DNA of 29,685 nucleotides from a virus (taxonomy: Duplodnaviria; Caudoviricetes), in IMG/VR virus record IMGVR_UViG_3300012940_000083, positions 1-29,685 of that record. One strand, given 5' to 3'. This document shows, piece after piece, positions 7,742 to 16,263 of the stretch (the first letter of the stretch is position 1; each line of letters begins with the position of its first letter). Position numbers and translations under genes: made by a program. The notes below the pieces were generated by a model, which saw nothing but the letters and a program-made list of their open reading frames with translations, did no database searches and was not told where the DNA came from.

Positions 7742-8124
7742 AAATAGATCGTGAGGCTGTCCACAGCAAATTCGGAGGTCGCTGTGCTTACTGCGGCACC
7801 GAAATTACCTTAAAGGAAATGCAGGTAGATCACATGTGGCCAAAGTGTGGAGGCGGAACGGATGAATTTCAAAACCTTGCTCCAGCTTGTAGAAAGTGTA
7901 ATCATTACAAGCGAGCAAATACAGTGAATGGATTCCGGATTTTAATGAATGATTTACATACAAGGATACAATCTATTTACATACATGAGGTAGCAGTTCG
8001 CTTTGGGATGGCAACCATCAAGCCATTTAACGGTGTGTTTTACTTTGAGACATTAAACTTAAACAACAATCAACCCGCGCCGGCTCCGGTCACCGGTAAA
8101 GAACAATGGGGAAAACTGAAATAA
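7738..8124 (+). CDS. HNH endonuclease
   Basis: GRCAYCG...MQVDHMWPK..GGTD..QNLAPACRKCNHYK. Start taken at the ATGA overlap at 7738. Confidence 0.9.
   Translation: MKIDREAVHSKFGGRCAYCGTEITLKEMQVDHMWPKCGGGTDEFQNLAPACRKCNHYKRANTVNGFRILMNDLHTRIQSIYIHEVAVRFGMATIKPFNGVFYFETLNLNNNQPAPAPVTGKEQWGKLK
8072..8097 (+). repeat. Intergenic-type motif copy 4 (within the HNH ORF tail)
   Basis: aacccgcgccggctccggtcaccggt; ACC/GGT and GCCGG/CCGGT pairings; 8 nt before ATG 8106. Confidence 0.55.
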
Positions 8125-8713
8125 TTAAGTATGACAGCCATGAGGCAGCTCAGCAGGTTTCTATTACAGGATGGGTAAGCAGGGATGGCAGATTCTTCGG
8201 AAATAATGAACATGCGGCCCGGCATGCTGGATGCACCCATGTTGCATGCAGTACTGATGGATGTATTGAATACGCTAAACGACCATACATCTATTGTGAT
8301 TCATGTAGACGAAAACAGGATATTGAAAGGTATAACACCTATGAATTTAGAGAATGGGACGAAACTGTCCCCGTATATAGCAGGACAGCAGATGAATACT
8401 TTTACGATTCTGAGGATATTGAAAGTTACCTGGAAGATCAAAGGGAATCAGATCCAGCATTTAGCCCAGACGATTTAATGCTCGTAATCTGCCAGCCAGT
8501 TTATCCGCAGCAAATTGCCTGTTTGATTGCTACGAAGGTCAGATGGGCGAGGACGGCGATCCGGATCAGTTTATTACAGATGAGATGAGGGAGCTGGCTG
8601 AGCGGTTGAATACACTTATCATGGCTTCAGGGCCATGCAGCTATACACCAAGCAAAATCAGAACTACATACAAAGAAAACTTAAAGACCACTGGAAATGA
8701 CAACAGCCGCTGA
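8106..8713 (+). pseudogene. Cys-containing phage hypothetical protein, apparently frameshifted near 8515-8520
   Basis: The ORF turns from acidic to atypical sequence after PQQI. The -1 frame is open 8465-8713 and reads LFDCYEGQMGEDGDPDQFITDEMRELAERLNTLIMASGPCSYTPSK..., filling the gap to the next gene. Confidence 0.6.
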
Positions 8714-9005
8714 TAAAAAGAATCCTACAGAAGAGCAACTCAAATATGGCGGCAAAGATCCTGCTTTATTGAAACGCTTTATGAAGGAGTTTTTCCCTTA
8801 TGGTCATTTCAGAAAGATCGGCATATTCACCAAAGAGATGAGAGGGGATTACTATCAACACGCGATGCGCATCTGTGAGTTTTTCGGGTTAAAATCTATT
8901 TATGAATATGGTGCAATTGAGGTCCGCTGTCACATGACATATGTCAAGGGCAAAAGGCCGCCAGGCGAAGGCTTTATAACAGTAATACCAAGTATTTATG
9001 AATAA
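8697..9005 (+). CDS. Hypothetical protein
   Basis: 102-aa ORF overlapping the next gene. Confidence 0.7.
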   Translation: MTTAADKKNPTEEQLKYGGKDPALLKRFMKEFFPYGHFRKIGIFTKEMRGDYYQHAMRICEFFGLKSIYEYGAIEVRCHMTYVKGKRPPGEGFITVIPSIYE

Positions 9006-9288
9006 GCGAGAAGAACTAATAAGAAAAATTGCCGAGGAAATGGCCAGGGACGAGTTTAATAGTTTGCATGTTGACTCCCCGGAAGAGAAGTGGGAAAACC
9101 AATCCGAACTATTAAAAAATGGGTATATCGTCGATAATATGCATCGGGCATGTATAGCAGTAAAGCACATGGCAACAGCATTTAGCGATGGTGCGGAATG
9201 GGGCGACCCCTGGTTAGCCAACGAATCAGAAATTAATAAAGAACTTATTAAACGGGGCCTGCTCCCCGAAAAGGAGGAACAAAAATGA
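8998..9288 (+). CDS. Hypothetical protein
   Basis: 96-aa ORF with AFSDGAEW, a pattern common in small phage accessory proteins. Confidence 0.7.
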   Translation: MNKREELIRKIAEEMARDEFNSLHVDSPEEKWENQSELLKNGYIVDNMHRACIAVKHMATAFSDGAEWGDPWLANESEINKELIKRGLLPEKEEQK

Positions 9289-9338
9289 ATACGCAAATAC
9301 AATGCGTACTGGCAGTATAGCTTCAGTGAGACGGAGCA

Positions 9339-9551
9339 TTGTTTATATTAAACCTATACATCATGTGTAATACCAGAAAAGTGCATCAGATTAGCCTCAT
9401 GATCGTAGAAAACCTCGAAAAGCGGGAGTATTCAGTCTTCCTGGCAACTGATCCAACGAACATCAAGACAAACAGGAGCCTCAAAGATGCAATTATTGAT
9501 CTCTTCCTCAGTATTAAGTATTCAAACCGGGAGACCAGCAACCGGGCCTAA
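9339..9551 (+). CDS. Hypothetical protein or degraded gene (start uncertain)
   Basis: In frame with the coupled ATG at 9285 but separated from it by TAG 9318 and TGA 9327. Confidence 0.35.
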   Translation: MFILNLYIMCNTRKVHQISLMIVENLEKREYSVFLATDPTNIKTNRSLKDAIIDLFLSIKYSNRETSNRA

Positions 9552-9555
9552 ATAA

Positions 9556-9592
9556 TTTGTTTCGATAATTTATCAAAAATAAAATAAATTTG
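9556..9592 (+). promoter_or_regulatory. Putative Bacteroidota sigma-A-type late promoter upstream of terS
   Basis: TAAATTTG (9585-9592) matches the -7 TAnnTTTG box; TTCG lies 20 nt and TTTG 25 nt upstream; GATAA-T-TTATC inverted repeat (9564-9574) in the spacer. Confidence 0.6.
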
Positions 9593-9613
9593 TACAAAGA
9601 TAAATTATTGATT

Positions 9614-10114
9614 ATGGCAGGTCGGCCAACAGATTATAAAAAAGAATACTGTGAACAAGCTGAAAAACTCTGTAAGCTCGGCGCAACAGATGCTGAGGTT
9701 GCGGAGTTTTTTGGCGTAACCGAAACGACAATCAATAATTGGAAGAAGAGCCATCCTGAATTTTTTGAGTCCTTAAAAAAGGGCAAGATACTAGCCGACG
9801 CTAACGTAGCTGAACGGTTATATTCTCGCGCTATGGGCTACAGCCATGATGCAGAGAAGATATTCAATTCCGATGGGATAATCATCCGTGCTGAATATAT
9901 AGAGCATTACCCGCCAGACACCACAGCAGCGATATTCTGGCTTAAAAACAGGCAACCAAAGAAATGGCGTGACAAGATTGAACAAGGCTTTACAAACACT
10001 GATGGCGAGGATGTTATCCCGCCTGTAGTGCAGTATCAAATACCTAACAATGGCAGGGAGAGAAGTAAAGATAATAAAGCCACAAAAGGGGTATCAGGAA
10101 AAGGCGCTAAGTAG
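9614..10114 (+). CDS. terS: Terminase small subunit
   Basis: MAGRPTDY, LGATDAEVAEFFGV...TINNWKKSHPEF HTH, PPDTTAAIFWLKNRQP..WRDK. The real start is probably ATG 9614. Confidence 0.92.
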   Translation: MAGRPTDYKKEYCEQAEKLCKLGATDAEVAEFFGVTETTINNWKKSHPEFFESLKKGKILADANVAERLYSRAMGYSHDAEKIFNSDGIIIRAEYIEHYPPDTTAAIFWLKNRQPKKWRDKIEQGFTNTDGEDVIPPVVQYQIPNNGRERSKDNKATKGVSGKGAK

Positions 10115-11561
10115 CCCGGCTGATATTGTGATTGGCGGCGCGGCTGCAGGAGTTGGTAAAACCTGGACTTTGTTAGTGCATCCATTAAGGGATATTGATG
10201 TAAAGGGATTCGGAGGGGTGATATTTCGACGTACAACGCCCCAAATTCGCAACGAAGGAGGGTTATGGGATACAAGTACGGAAATATACCCAAACGTCAA
10301 TGCAACGCCTCGGGAGAGCTTTTTAGAGTGGATATTCCCGGAAGGGTGTAAGATAAAGTTCAGCCATCTGGAACATGAAAAAAATGTTCTTAACTGGCAA
10401 GGCTCACAGATACCCTACATAGGATTTGATGAGCTTACGCACTTTACTAAGAAAATGTTCTTTTACTTATTGTCGCGAAATCGTAGTGCATGTGGGGTGA
10501 AGCCTTATGTTATGGCAACCTGTAACCCAGATCCAGAAAGCTGGGTTTATGAGCTTATACAGTGGTGGATAGATCCCGATACGGGATTCCCTATCCCTGA
10601 AAGAGATGGAGTTGTACGGTACTTTGTCCGGGATGGCGAAAAGTATATATGGGGTGATACAATGCAGGAAGCAATACAGAACGCCTGGTACATTTTGGAG
10701 CCTATTATACAACGTTCAGGGCACAATGCAGAGCATTACGTTAAATCTATAACCTTTATTAGTGGTTCTATATACGATAATAAGGCTTTATTAGACGCAG
10801 ACCCCGGATACCTTGCCAACCTTGTTGCGCAGGACGAACAGACAAAAATGCAACTCCTGGAAGGGAACTGGAAGGTAGTTTTAAATGACAATGACATCTA
10901 CGACTACTATAAGTTCAAGGGGATGTTTGATGACCTTTACGATGTTGATAAGTCAGAAAAGTGCATCATTGCGGATATCGCCCTGGAGGGATCAAATAAG
11001 CTCACAATATCCTACTGGGATGGTTGGGAGTTGTATGACTTGACAATACTGGATAAAAGCAAGGGTAACGAGGTTATCCAGGCTATTTCAGACATGGCAA
11101 AGAAATACAAAGTACCGAATGCAGATATTGTATTTGATGGTGATGGTGTCGGGGGCTTCGTGGACGGGTTTATTCCTGGCGCTATTCCTTTTCATGGCGG
11201 GTCCCCTGTTGTACAGACAGAGGATAGCATCAGTGAGAAGTATATTAAAGAGAATTACTTCAACCTGCGTGCGCAATGCTATTATCATTCGGGCAATCGT
11301 GTTGCCAGAGGGGAGATAAGGATTAATGAGCGAGTGGCGAACATGATGTATGATGACGATATGACTGTTAGGCAGCGTTTTTTTCATGAACGCAAGGCGA
11401 TAAAGAAGGGCAAAACAGATACAGATGGTAAGAAGCGCATCATAAAAAAAGAGGAGATGAAAGCAATCTTAGGCAACTCTGAATCACCTGATTTAACGGA
11501 TTTGCTCATGATGCGAGAATATAAAGCACTTACGCCAACCCTTTCAGTAGGGGTTTGGTAA
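10050..11561 (+). CDS. terL: Terminase large subunit
   Basis: GGAAAGVGKT (Walker A), IGFDELTHF (Walker B), ATCNP coupling motif, RNase H-like ADIALEG...DGDGVGG...SPDLTD. Confidence 0.95.
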   Translation: MAGREVKIIKPQKGYQEKALSSPADIVIGGAAAGVGKTWTLLVHPLRDIDVKGFGGVIFRRTTPQIRNEGGLWDTSTEIYPNVNATPRESFLEWIFPEGCKIKFSHLEHEKNVLNWQGSQIPYIGFDELTHFTKKMFFYLLSRNRSACGVKPYVMATCNPDPESWVYELIQWWIDPDTGFPIPERDGVVRYFVRDGEKYIWGDTMQEAIQNAWYILEPIIQRSGHNAEHYVKSITFISGSIYDNKALLDADPGYLANLVAQDEQTKMQLLEGNWKVVLNDNDIYDYYKFKGMFDDLYDVDKSEKCIIADIALEGSNKLTISYWDGWELYDLTILDKSKGNEVIQAISDMAKKYKVPNADIVFDGDGVGGFVDGFIPGAIPFHGGSPVVQTEDSISEKYIKENYFNLRAQCYYHSGNRVARGEIRINERVANMMYDDDMTVRQRFFHERKAIKKGKTDTDGKKRIIKKEEMKAILGNSESPDLTDLLMMREYKALTPTLSVGVW

Positions 11562-11597
11562 CCAAAAGTCTTAGCAGTCCTGCATAAAATAAAAATT

Positions 11598-13031
11598 ATG
11601 GCAGGTAATTGGCTAACCAATTTATTTCGGCGTAAGGCCGCAGGGTCGCAGCAGTTCCGTTTTTTCGGTGACCAGCTCGTAATGTACCCTGATAATAAAT
11701 CACAGTACATAAGGAAGGGATATACATATAACGATATTGTGTATTCAGTCGTAAAGCTACAATTGGACAAGGTATGTGTTCCAAGTTGGAGTCCTTACAC
11801 AGTTGTGGATGAAAAGGCATACTTCGAGTACCAAGCATTACAGAAGGCCATATCCGCTACCAACCTCACATCGCCTGAAGGAATAAGTAAGCTACAAAAG
11901 GATGTGAAAAAGGCGCTATATCTGCACCGTAAAGCCCTCCAACCGTCAGATGATGGAAAGCTCAGAGAGCTTATGCAATGGCCAAACCCGGACCAAAGTT
12001 ATTCAGACTTTATAGGTGAGGCATGTGGCTTTAAGCTCGTAACAGGAGATAAATACATAACCGCTGATATCGCGGCGGGGGGGCTGAATAGAAATAAACC
12101 CATATTCCTGTACAATCAGCCATCTGACCTGGTTACTATTCGCAAAAGTGGCACCTATCCGTTTACTGCCACTGGATACGATATTCAACTGTTCGGGCTA
12201 AATGAGGTTAACCCTCAATATACCAGGGAACAAATGTTGCATGAAAAGTACTGGAATCCCGAATACAATGTGAGTGGCACCCAGTTATACGGTATGGCGC
12301 CGCTGAAGGCTGCGTTAAAACGCGTACAGCGCAACAATGAGGCCCAATTACGCGGGCTAAAAGCGTTCCAGAATGCCGGCGCTGATGGTGTGGCCTATAT
12401 CGACGACCCAGAAACTTCACGGCAGTATCAAAAGATGGCATGGGAGCAGATAGGTAGCCTAAAAGAGAAATGGAATAGTGAGTATTCAGGCAAAGAGAAT
12501 GCGGGCAAAGTTGTATGGTCCGGCTATAAGATGGGCTGGCAACGTATTGGTCTCTCTCCTGTGGAATTGGCTATTCTGGAATCTGAACAGTGGGATTTAC
12601 GGATGATCTGCAACGTGTATGGAGTACCCTCTCAGTTATTGAATGACCCTGAGAATAAAAGCTATAATAACAGCTCTGAGGGCGAGAAGGCCCTAACCTC
12701 CCGTTGCGCATTGCCGCTTCTCACATCACATCGAGACAGCCTAAACAGGAAGCTGCAAACCGATTGGGGCTATAAGGGCACCCGGATTATTGTAGATTTC
12801 GATATGACTGTATTCAGTGAGCTGGAAGAAAATAAGAAGGATCAAGTAGAATGGCTAAGTAAAGCATGGTGGCTTACAGGAAATCAGCGGTTGTCAATCA
12901 TGGGTGAAATGGAGAGCAGCGAGCCAATGATGAACGAAATACTTGTTCCTAATTCGCTCACACCACTTGCAGACCTTACGCTGACGCCACCAGATCTTAG
13001 TAACGATCTTGAAGCAATAAATAACGCATAG
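11598..13031 (+). CDS. Portal protein (HK97 family)
   Basis: WPNPDQS, LYGMAPLKAA, FQNAG, ENAGK, IGLSPVEL, ICNVYGVPSQLLND, SYNN. Confidence 0.93.
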   Translation: MAGNWLTNLFRRKAAGSQQFRFFGDQLVMYPDNKSQYIRKGYTYNDIVYSVVKLQLDKVCVPSWSPYTVVDEKAYFEYQALQKAISATNLTSPEGISKLQKDVKKALYLHRKALQPSDDGKLRELMQWPNPDQSYSDFIGEACGFKLVTGDKYITADIAAGGLNRNKPIFLYNQPSDLVTIRKSGTYPFTATGYDIQLFGLNEVNPQYTREQMLHEKYWNPEYNVSGTQLYGMAPLKAALKRVQRNNEAQLRGLKAFQNAGADGVAYIDDPETSRQYQKMAWEQIGSLKEKWNSEYSGKENAGKVVWSGYKMGWQRIGLSPVELAILESEQWDLRMICNVYGVPSQLLNDPENKSYNNSSEGEKALTSRCALPLLTSHRDSLNRKLQTDWGYKGTRIIVDFDMTVFSELEENKKDQVEWLSKAWWLTGNQRLSIMGEMESSEPMMNEILVPNSLTPLADLTLTPPDLSNDLEAINNA

Positions 13032-13032
13032 C

Positions 13033-13236
13033 ATGACATTGACAGAATTAATAGACAAAATACTGCCTATTACAGCCGTTGACAAGGACTGTAAAATTCG
13101 TCTCAATGCCAAGCTGATTCAAAGAGAAAAGGCGGCTGAATACATAGCAACATACGTTGCACAACAATTACCAGCACTTAACAAATACCTATATGAACAG
13201 GACGCAACAACAGGCGATAAGAAGGCGGTGGAATAG
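13033..13236 (+). CDS. Small hypothetical protein between portal and minor head gene
   Basis: ATG 1 nt after the portal stop; overlaps the next gene. Confidence 0.6.
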   Translation: MTLTELIDKILPITAVDKDCKIRLNAKLIQREKAAEYIATYVAQQLPALNKYLYEQDATTGDKKAVE

Positions 13237-14029
13237 GTATCAGATAAAGACTGAAATACGCTGGCAAAAACCTATTTATAATGCGATAATGGCGCAGGTA
13301 GACGCCTTTCTGGCCTTTGCCGCTGATCAGGGCATGGAATCAGCTTTGGCACAAATTAACGTTGTTGTAAAGGAGGATCCTATACGGGATGTGCTGACCA
13401 GGTTATATCAATCAGTGATCCCGGCCTACGCAGAGATTGAGCGGCAAGAGATACTTGATCGATATAAAAATGAACTGACACAAGAAAAACTATTTGGGGT
13501 TAAAGATACCTGGCTTAGGTCGGTTACAAACTTTATACTCAACTTTTCATCCAAAAAGATAGTCGAAATATCAGAGACGACCCGGGAGAACATCCGAAAT
13601 ACCATATCCCGGGAGCTGGCCAATGGTGAAAGCTATGGCCGCATGGCGCAGGCTATTCGCATTACTCCAATTTATGCCTACCGGTCGCGCGTTATTGCTC
13701 GTACAGAGGTTACAGGGGCGGCAAACTATGCGGCTAATGAGGGGGCTAAAAGAACAGGGCTTGCAATGAAAAAAGTTTGGATTTCGGATCAGACCGACCG
13801 GACACGCCACCTGCCGCGTGATCGCTTTGATCACCTCAATGCCAATGGACAAACGGTAGATATGAATGAAAGTTTTTTGATCCAAAGCAAGTTTGGTGTA
13901 GAGCCACTGGCTTATCCTGGCGACCCTAACGGATCTGCTGCAAATATTATTTCGTGTCGATGCGGTGTAGGGCATGAGGCTAAAAGGGATGCCAACGGAC
14001 GGTTGATCAGGGTGCCTATTTACGAATAA
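13193..14029 (+). CDS. Minor head morphogenesis protein (SPP1 gp7 / Mu F-like)
   Basis: RSRVIARTEV, KKVWIS..DRTR...H...NGQTV, YPGDP...NIISCRC. ATG 13193 is the likely start. Confidence 0.88.
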   Translation: MNRTQQQAIRRRWNRYQIKTEIRWQKPIYNAIMAQVDAFLAFAADQGMESALAQINVVVKEDPIRDVLTRLYQSVIPAYAEIERQEILDRYKNELTQEKLFGVKDTWLRSVTNFILNFSSKKIVEISETTRENIRNTISRELANGESYGRMAQAIRITPIYAYRSRVIARTEVTGAANYAANEGAKRTGLAMKKVWISDQTDRTRHLPRDRFDHLNANGQTVDMNESFLIQSKFGVEPLAYPGDPNGSAANIISCRCGVGHEAKRDANGRLIRVPIYE

Positions 14030-14056
14030 AAAACCGGTAGATGGAAATCTACCGGC
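14028..14056 (-). terminator. Intrinsic terminator oriented for minus-strand transcription
   Basis: Perfect 9-bp stem CCGGTAGAT/ATCTACCGG (14034-14055) with a 4-nt loop. The A6 run at 14028-14033 is a U6 tail on the minus strand; no U-tract follows on the plus strand. Confidence 0.7.
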
Positions 14057-14095
14057 AACTCAACAACCAAAAATCTGTTACAGTGACCTGCTTTT
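14028..14095 (-). ncRNA. Candidate ~65-nt small RNA divergent from the protease/capsid promoter
   Basis: Bounded by a minus-strand TACATTTG box (14106-14099) and the minus-strand terminator; too short for a credible gene. Inferred only. Confidence 0.4.
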
Positions 14096-14098
14096 GTG

Positions 14099-14154
14099 CA
14101 AATGTATGGTATTTTAAATAAAATTTATTTTTGTGTAAAAAATATTTACTTTTG
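14099..14154. promoter_or_regulatory. Back-to-back TAnnTTTG promoter boxes
   Basis: Minus-strand TACATTTG at 14106-14099 and plus-strand TACTTTTG at 14147-14154, separated by a very AT-rich 40 bp. Canonically spaced -33 TTTG boxes are not evident. Confidence 0.55.
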
Positions 14155-14190
14155 ATAAAGTAATTCCTCCAACCAAATTTCCCGCCAGTG

Positions 14191-14213
14191 ATCCTGTAAA
14201 AATTGTACAGGAT
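14191..14213 (+). promoter_or_regulatory. Leader hairpin covering the protease start codon
   Basis: ATCCTGTA (14191-14198) pairs with TACAGGAT (14206-14213); the 3' arm includes the A and T of ATG 14212. Confidence 0.55.
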
Positions 14214-14943
14214 GCCTTTTAAGACCTACATAGCTGATAAGCCAGAACAGATATTTAAAGACGTGGATACATCCCGTCGCTATGTTAGTGCATACTACAC
14301 CGCTTTTGACAATGTAGATGCTGATGGCGACATAGGCCGCAAGGGGATGACACTAAAATCAATCGCCGAAAACGGGCCTAAATCAGCATCACCCAGGATA
14401 AAACATCTTTTGAACCACGATATAACACAACCCCTTTCAAGGCTCACAGACATGGGAGAGGATAATTTCGGGGCTTTCTATGCTGGCGAAGTGGGGACAC
14501 ACAACCTGGGTACAGATTACCTGAAAATGGTCGATTCCGGGCTGATTACAGAGCATTCCTATATGCTACAGCCTAAACGGACAAACAAGATAGCTGCAGG
14601 CAATGAGTTGTTAGAGGTAAAGGTGTGGGAAGTCAGCAGCTTAACGGCGTGGGGTGCCAACCCACTTACTCCGTTCATCCATGTATCTAAATCTCTCTCT
14701 AAAGAAGATCGGATCAAATATCTGAATAATAAAATCAAGGCTGTAGAGAAGTTCTGCCGCAATAGCGATGCCACGGACGAAACTATACAGTCGCTTTTGA
14801 TCTGTATTAAACAAATGCAGGAACTATATAACGATTTGATGAGTAGCACTCCCGCCGCCGAAAAGGCACCGGAGCCGCCAAAGCAAAGTGGTTATTCGGG
14901 TCTTCTTGCGAGTATTAACACATCTAAATCACTTTTCAATTAA
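14212..14943 (+). CDS. Prohead protease (HK97 family)
   Basis: FDNVDADGD, KHLLNHD (His), ITEHSY (Ser), WEVSSLTAWGANP; lies immediately before the capsid gene. Confidence 0.9.
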   Translation: MPFKTYIADKPEQIFKDVDTSRRYVSAYYTAFDNVDADGDIGRKGMTLKSIAENGPKSASPRIKHLLNHDITQPLSRLTDMGEDNFGAFYAGEVGTHNLGTDYLKMVDSGLITEHSYMLQPKRTNKIAAGNELLEVKVWEVSSLTAWGANPLTPFIHVSKSLSKEDRIKYLNNKIKAVEKFCRNSDATDETIQSLLICIKQMQELYNDLMSSTPAAEKAPEPPKQSGYSGLLASINTSKSLFN

Positions 14944-14948
14944 TTATT

Positions 14949-16226
14949 ATGCGAATTGCATTTTATACTCCGCTGGCTTTATTTATGCGATTCCCTGAAG
15001 GGGACGGCGGAGAGCCGACAGAATCAGCAGTAGTAAAAGCCTTTGAAAGCCTCAAGAAGGAGGCGCGCGATGGCATGATGACCATCAAGGAGCAAATTAA
15101 AACGCTTACTGAAAATGGTGCCACGAAGGCTGAATTACAGGCGTTTGCCGAGAAACTGGAGAAAAACCAGAAGGATATCGAAACTGTAAACTCATATGCT
15201 GAGAAGCTGGAAGCTATCCAGAAAGGGAAGGCGCTGAAGCCCGAACTGAAATCATTCAATGATGTGATCAAAGCGGCTATTGAGGAAAAAACAGACGACA
15301 TCATCAAATTTGCCCGCAAGGAAAAAGGCGTTGACCGAATTGAAATTGAACTGAAGGCCGTTGGCGATGTTACTACAGCTAACGTAACAGGATCAACAGT
15401 TTGGGGCGCGGTACAGCGCCCTGGCATTATCGAACTGCCAAAACGTAGAGTTCACGTGAGGCAGTTACTCGCTGGCGGAAGCATCGGCCCTGGTACTGAT
15501 TTCTATTTTATGCGCCAAAACGGTGTTGGTGAGGGAGATCCGGCACCTACAGCAGAAGGGGCAAATAAACCGCAGATGGATGAAGATCTGATTGAAGCAT
15601 CCGTTAAGATCGAAACAATCGCCGGATGGGAGAAAGTGACCCGTAAGGCAATGAATAACATACCTGGCTTCATCTCATTCCTTCAAAGCAGAATGCCAGA
15701 GCGCCTGTTAAGGGTAGAAGATGCTCAAGTCTGGTATGGCAATGGTACATCGCCAAACCTGAAGGGTATTCTTACCGCTGGTAATTTTGTTGCATCTACA
15801 TCTACTGCAACTGTATTGGCTGAGCGTATCATAGATGACTTGGCATTGTTGGAAGATACCTACGAACGCAATGCCACAGCCATCGCGATGCGACCGGTTG
15901 CATATTACGAATTCTTCAAAAACAAGGCGACAGGATCAGGCGAATATGATTTGCCACGCAACGTTGCGTTCATTAATGGCGTGCTGTATATCTCTGGTAT
16001 ACCAGCATATCCTACTACTTCTTTAGCCGCAACTGATTATGTTGTTGGTGACTTCCAGGAGGGTGCACAGTTGCTTATCCAGGAAGGCATGAGACTGGAA
16101 ATCTTCGAACAAGATGACAAAAACGTTCAGCAGAACAAAGTTACTGTTCGTATTGAGGAAACAGTAGCATTGCCAGTTTATGGACCTGACTACTTTGTAA
16201 AAGGGTCTACTGTTGTAACACCTTAA
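14949..16226 (+). CDS. Major capsid protein (HK97 fold, N-terminal coiled-coil delta domain)
   Basis: Charged helical N-terminus, AEGANKPQ, ETIAGWEKVT, EDAQVWYGNG..PNLKGI, VVGDF, NKVTVRIEE. Confidence 0.95.
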   Translation: MRIAFYTPLALFMRFPEGDGGEPTESAVVKAFESLKKEARDGMMTIKEQIKTLTENGATKAELQAFAEKLEKNQKDIETVNSYAEKLEAIQKGKALKPELKSFNDVIKAAIEEKTDDIIKFARKEKGVDRIEIELKAVGDVTTANVTGSTVWGAVQRPGIIELPKRRVHVRQLLAGGSIGPGTDFYFMRQNGVGEGDPAPTAEGANKPQMDEDLIEASVKIETIAGWEKVTRKAMNNIPGFISFLQSRMPERLLRVEDAQVWYGNGTSPNLKGILTAGNFVASTSTATVLAERIIDDLALLEDTYERNATAIAMRPVAYYEFFKNKATGSGEYDLPRNVAFINGVLYISGIPAYPTTSLAATDYVVGDFQEGAQLLIQEGMRLEIFEQDDKNVQQNKVTVRIEETVALPVYGPDYFVKGSTVVTP

Positions 16227-16231
16227 TAACT

Positions 16232-16251
16232 GAAAGGCCCGTAAGCCTTTT
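16232..16251 (+). terminator. Weak hairpin/terminator after the capsid gene
   Basis: GAAAGGC-ccgtaa-GCCTTTT directly after tandem stops; typical position but the stem is short. Confidence 0.4.
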
Positions 16252-16263
16252 AAATCTATTCAA

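Noticed and set aside
7738-8124. HNH as the terminase-associated cos-cleavage HNH
   Set aside because: It lies about 1.5 kb and several genes upstream of terS, inside the accessory region; no cos site could be identified.
8185-8478. Alternative-frame plus-strand ORFs nested in genes (also 11119, 15835, 17557, 22098, 23271, 25437)
   Set aside because: Fully nested, atypical composition, no start context.
9285-9335. Small hairpins (TACGCA/TGCGTA) as a tRNA or ncRNA; TAG/TGA readthrough as genetic-code reassignment
   Set aside because: No cloverleaf or T-loop consensus, and TAG and TGA act as normal stops elsewhere (portal and 23727 end in TAG, many ATGA overlaps).
14034-14055. Hairpin as a plus-strand terminator for the portal operon
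   Set aside because: No U-tract follows on the plus strand and the geometry fits the minus strand; a plus-strand protein-binding role for the GGAA loop cannot be excluded.
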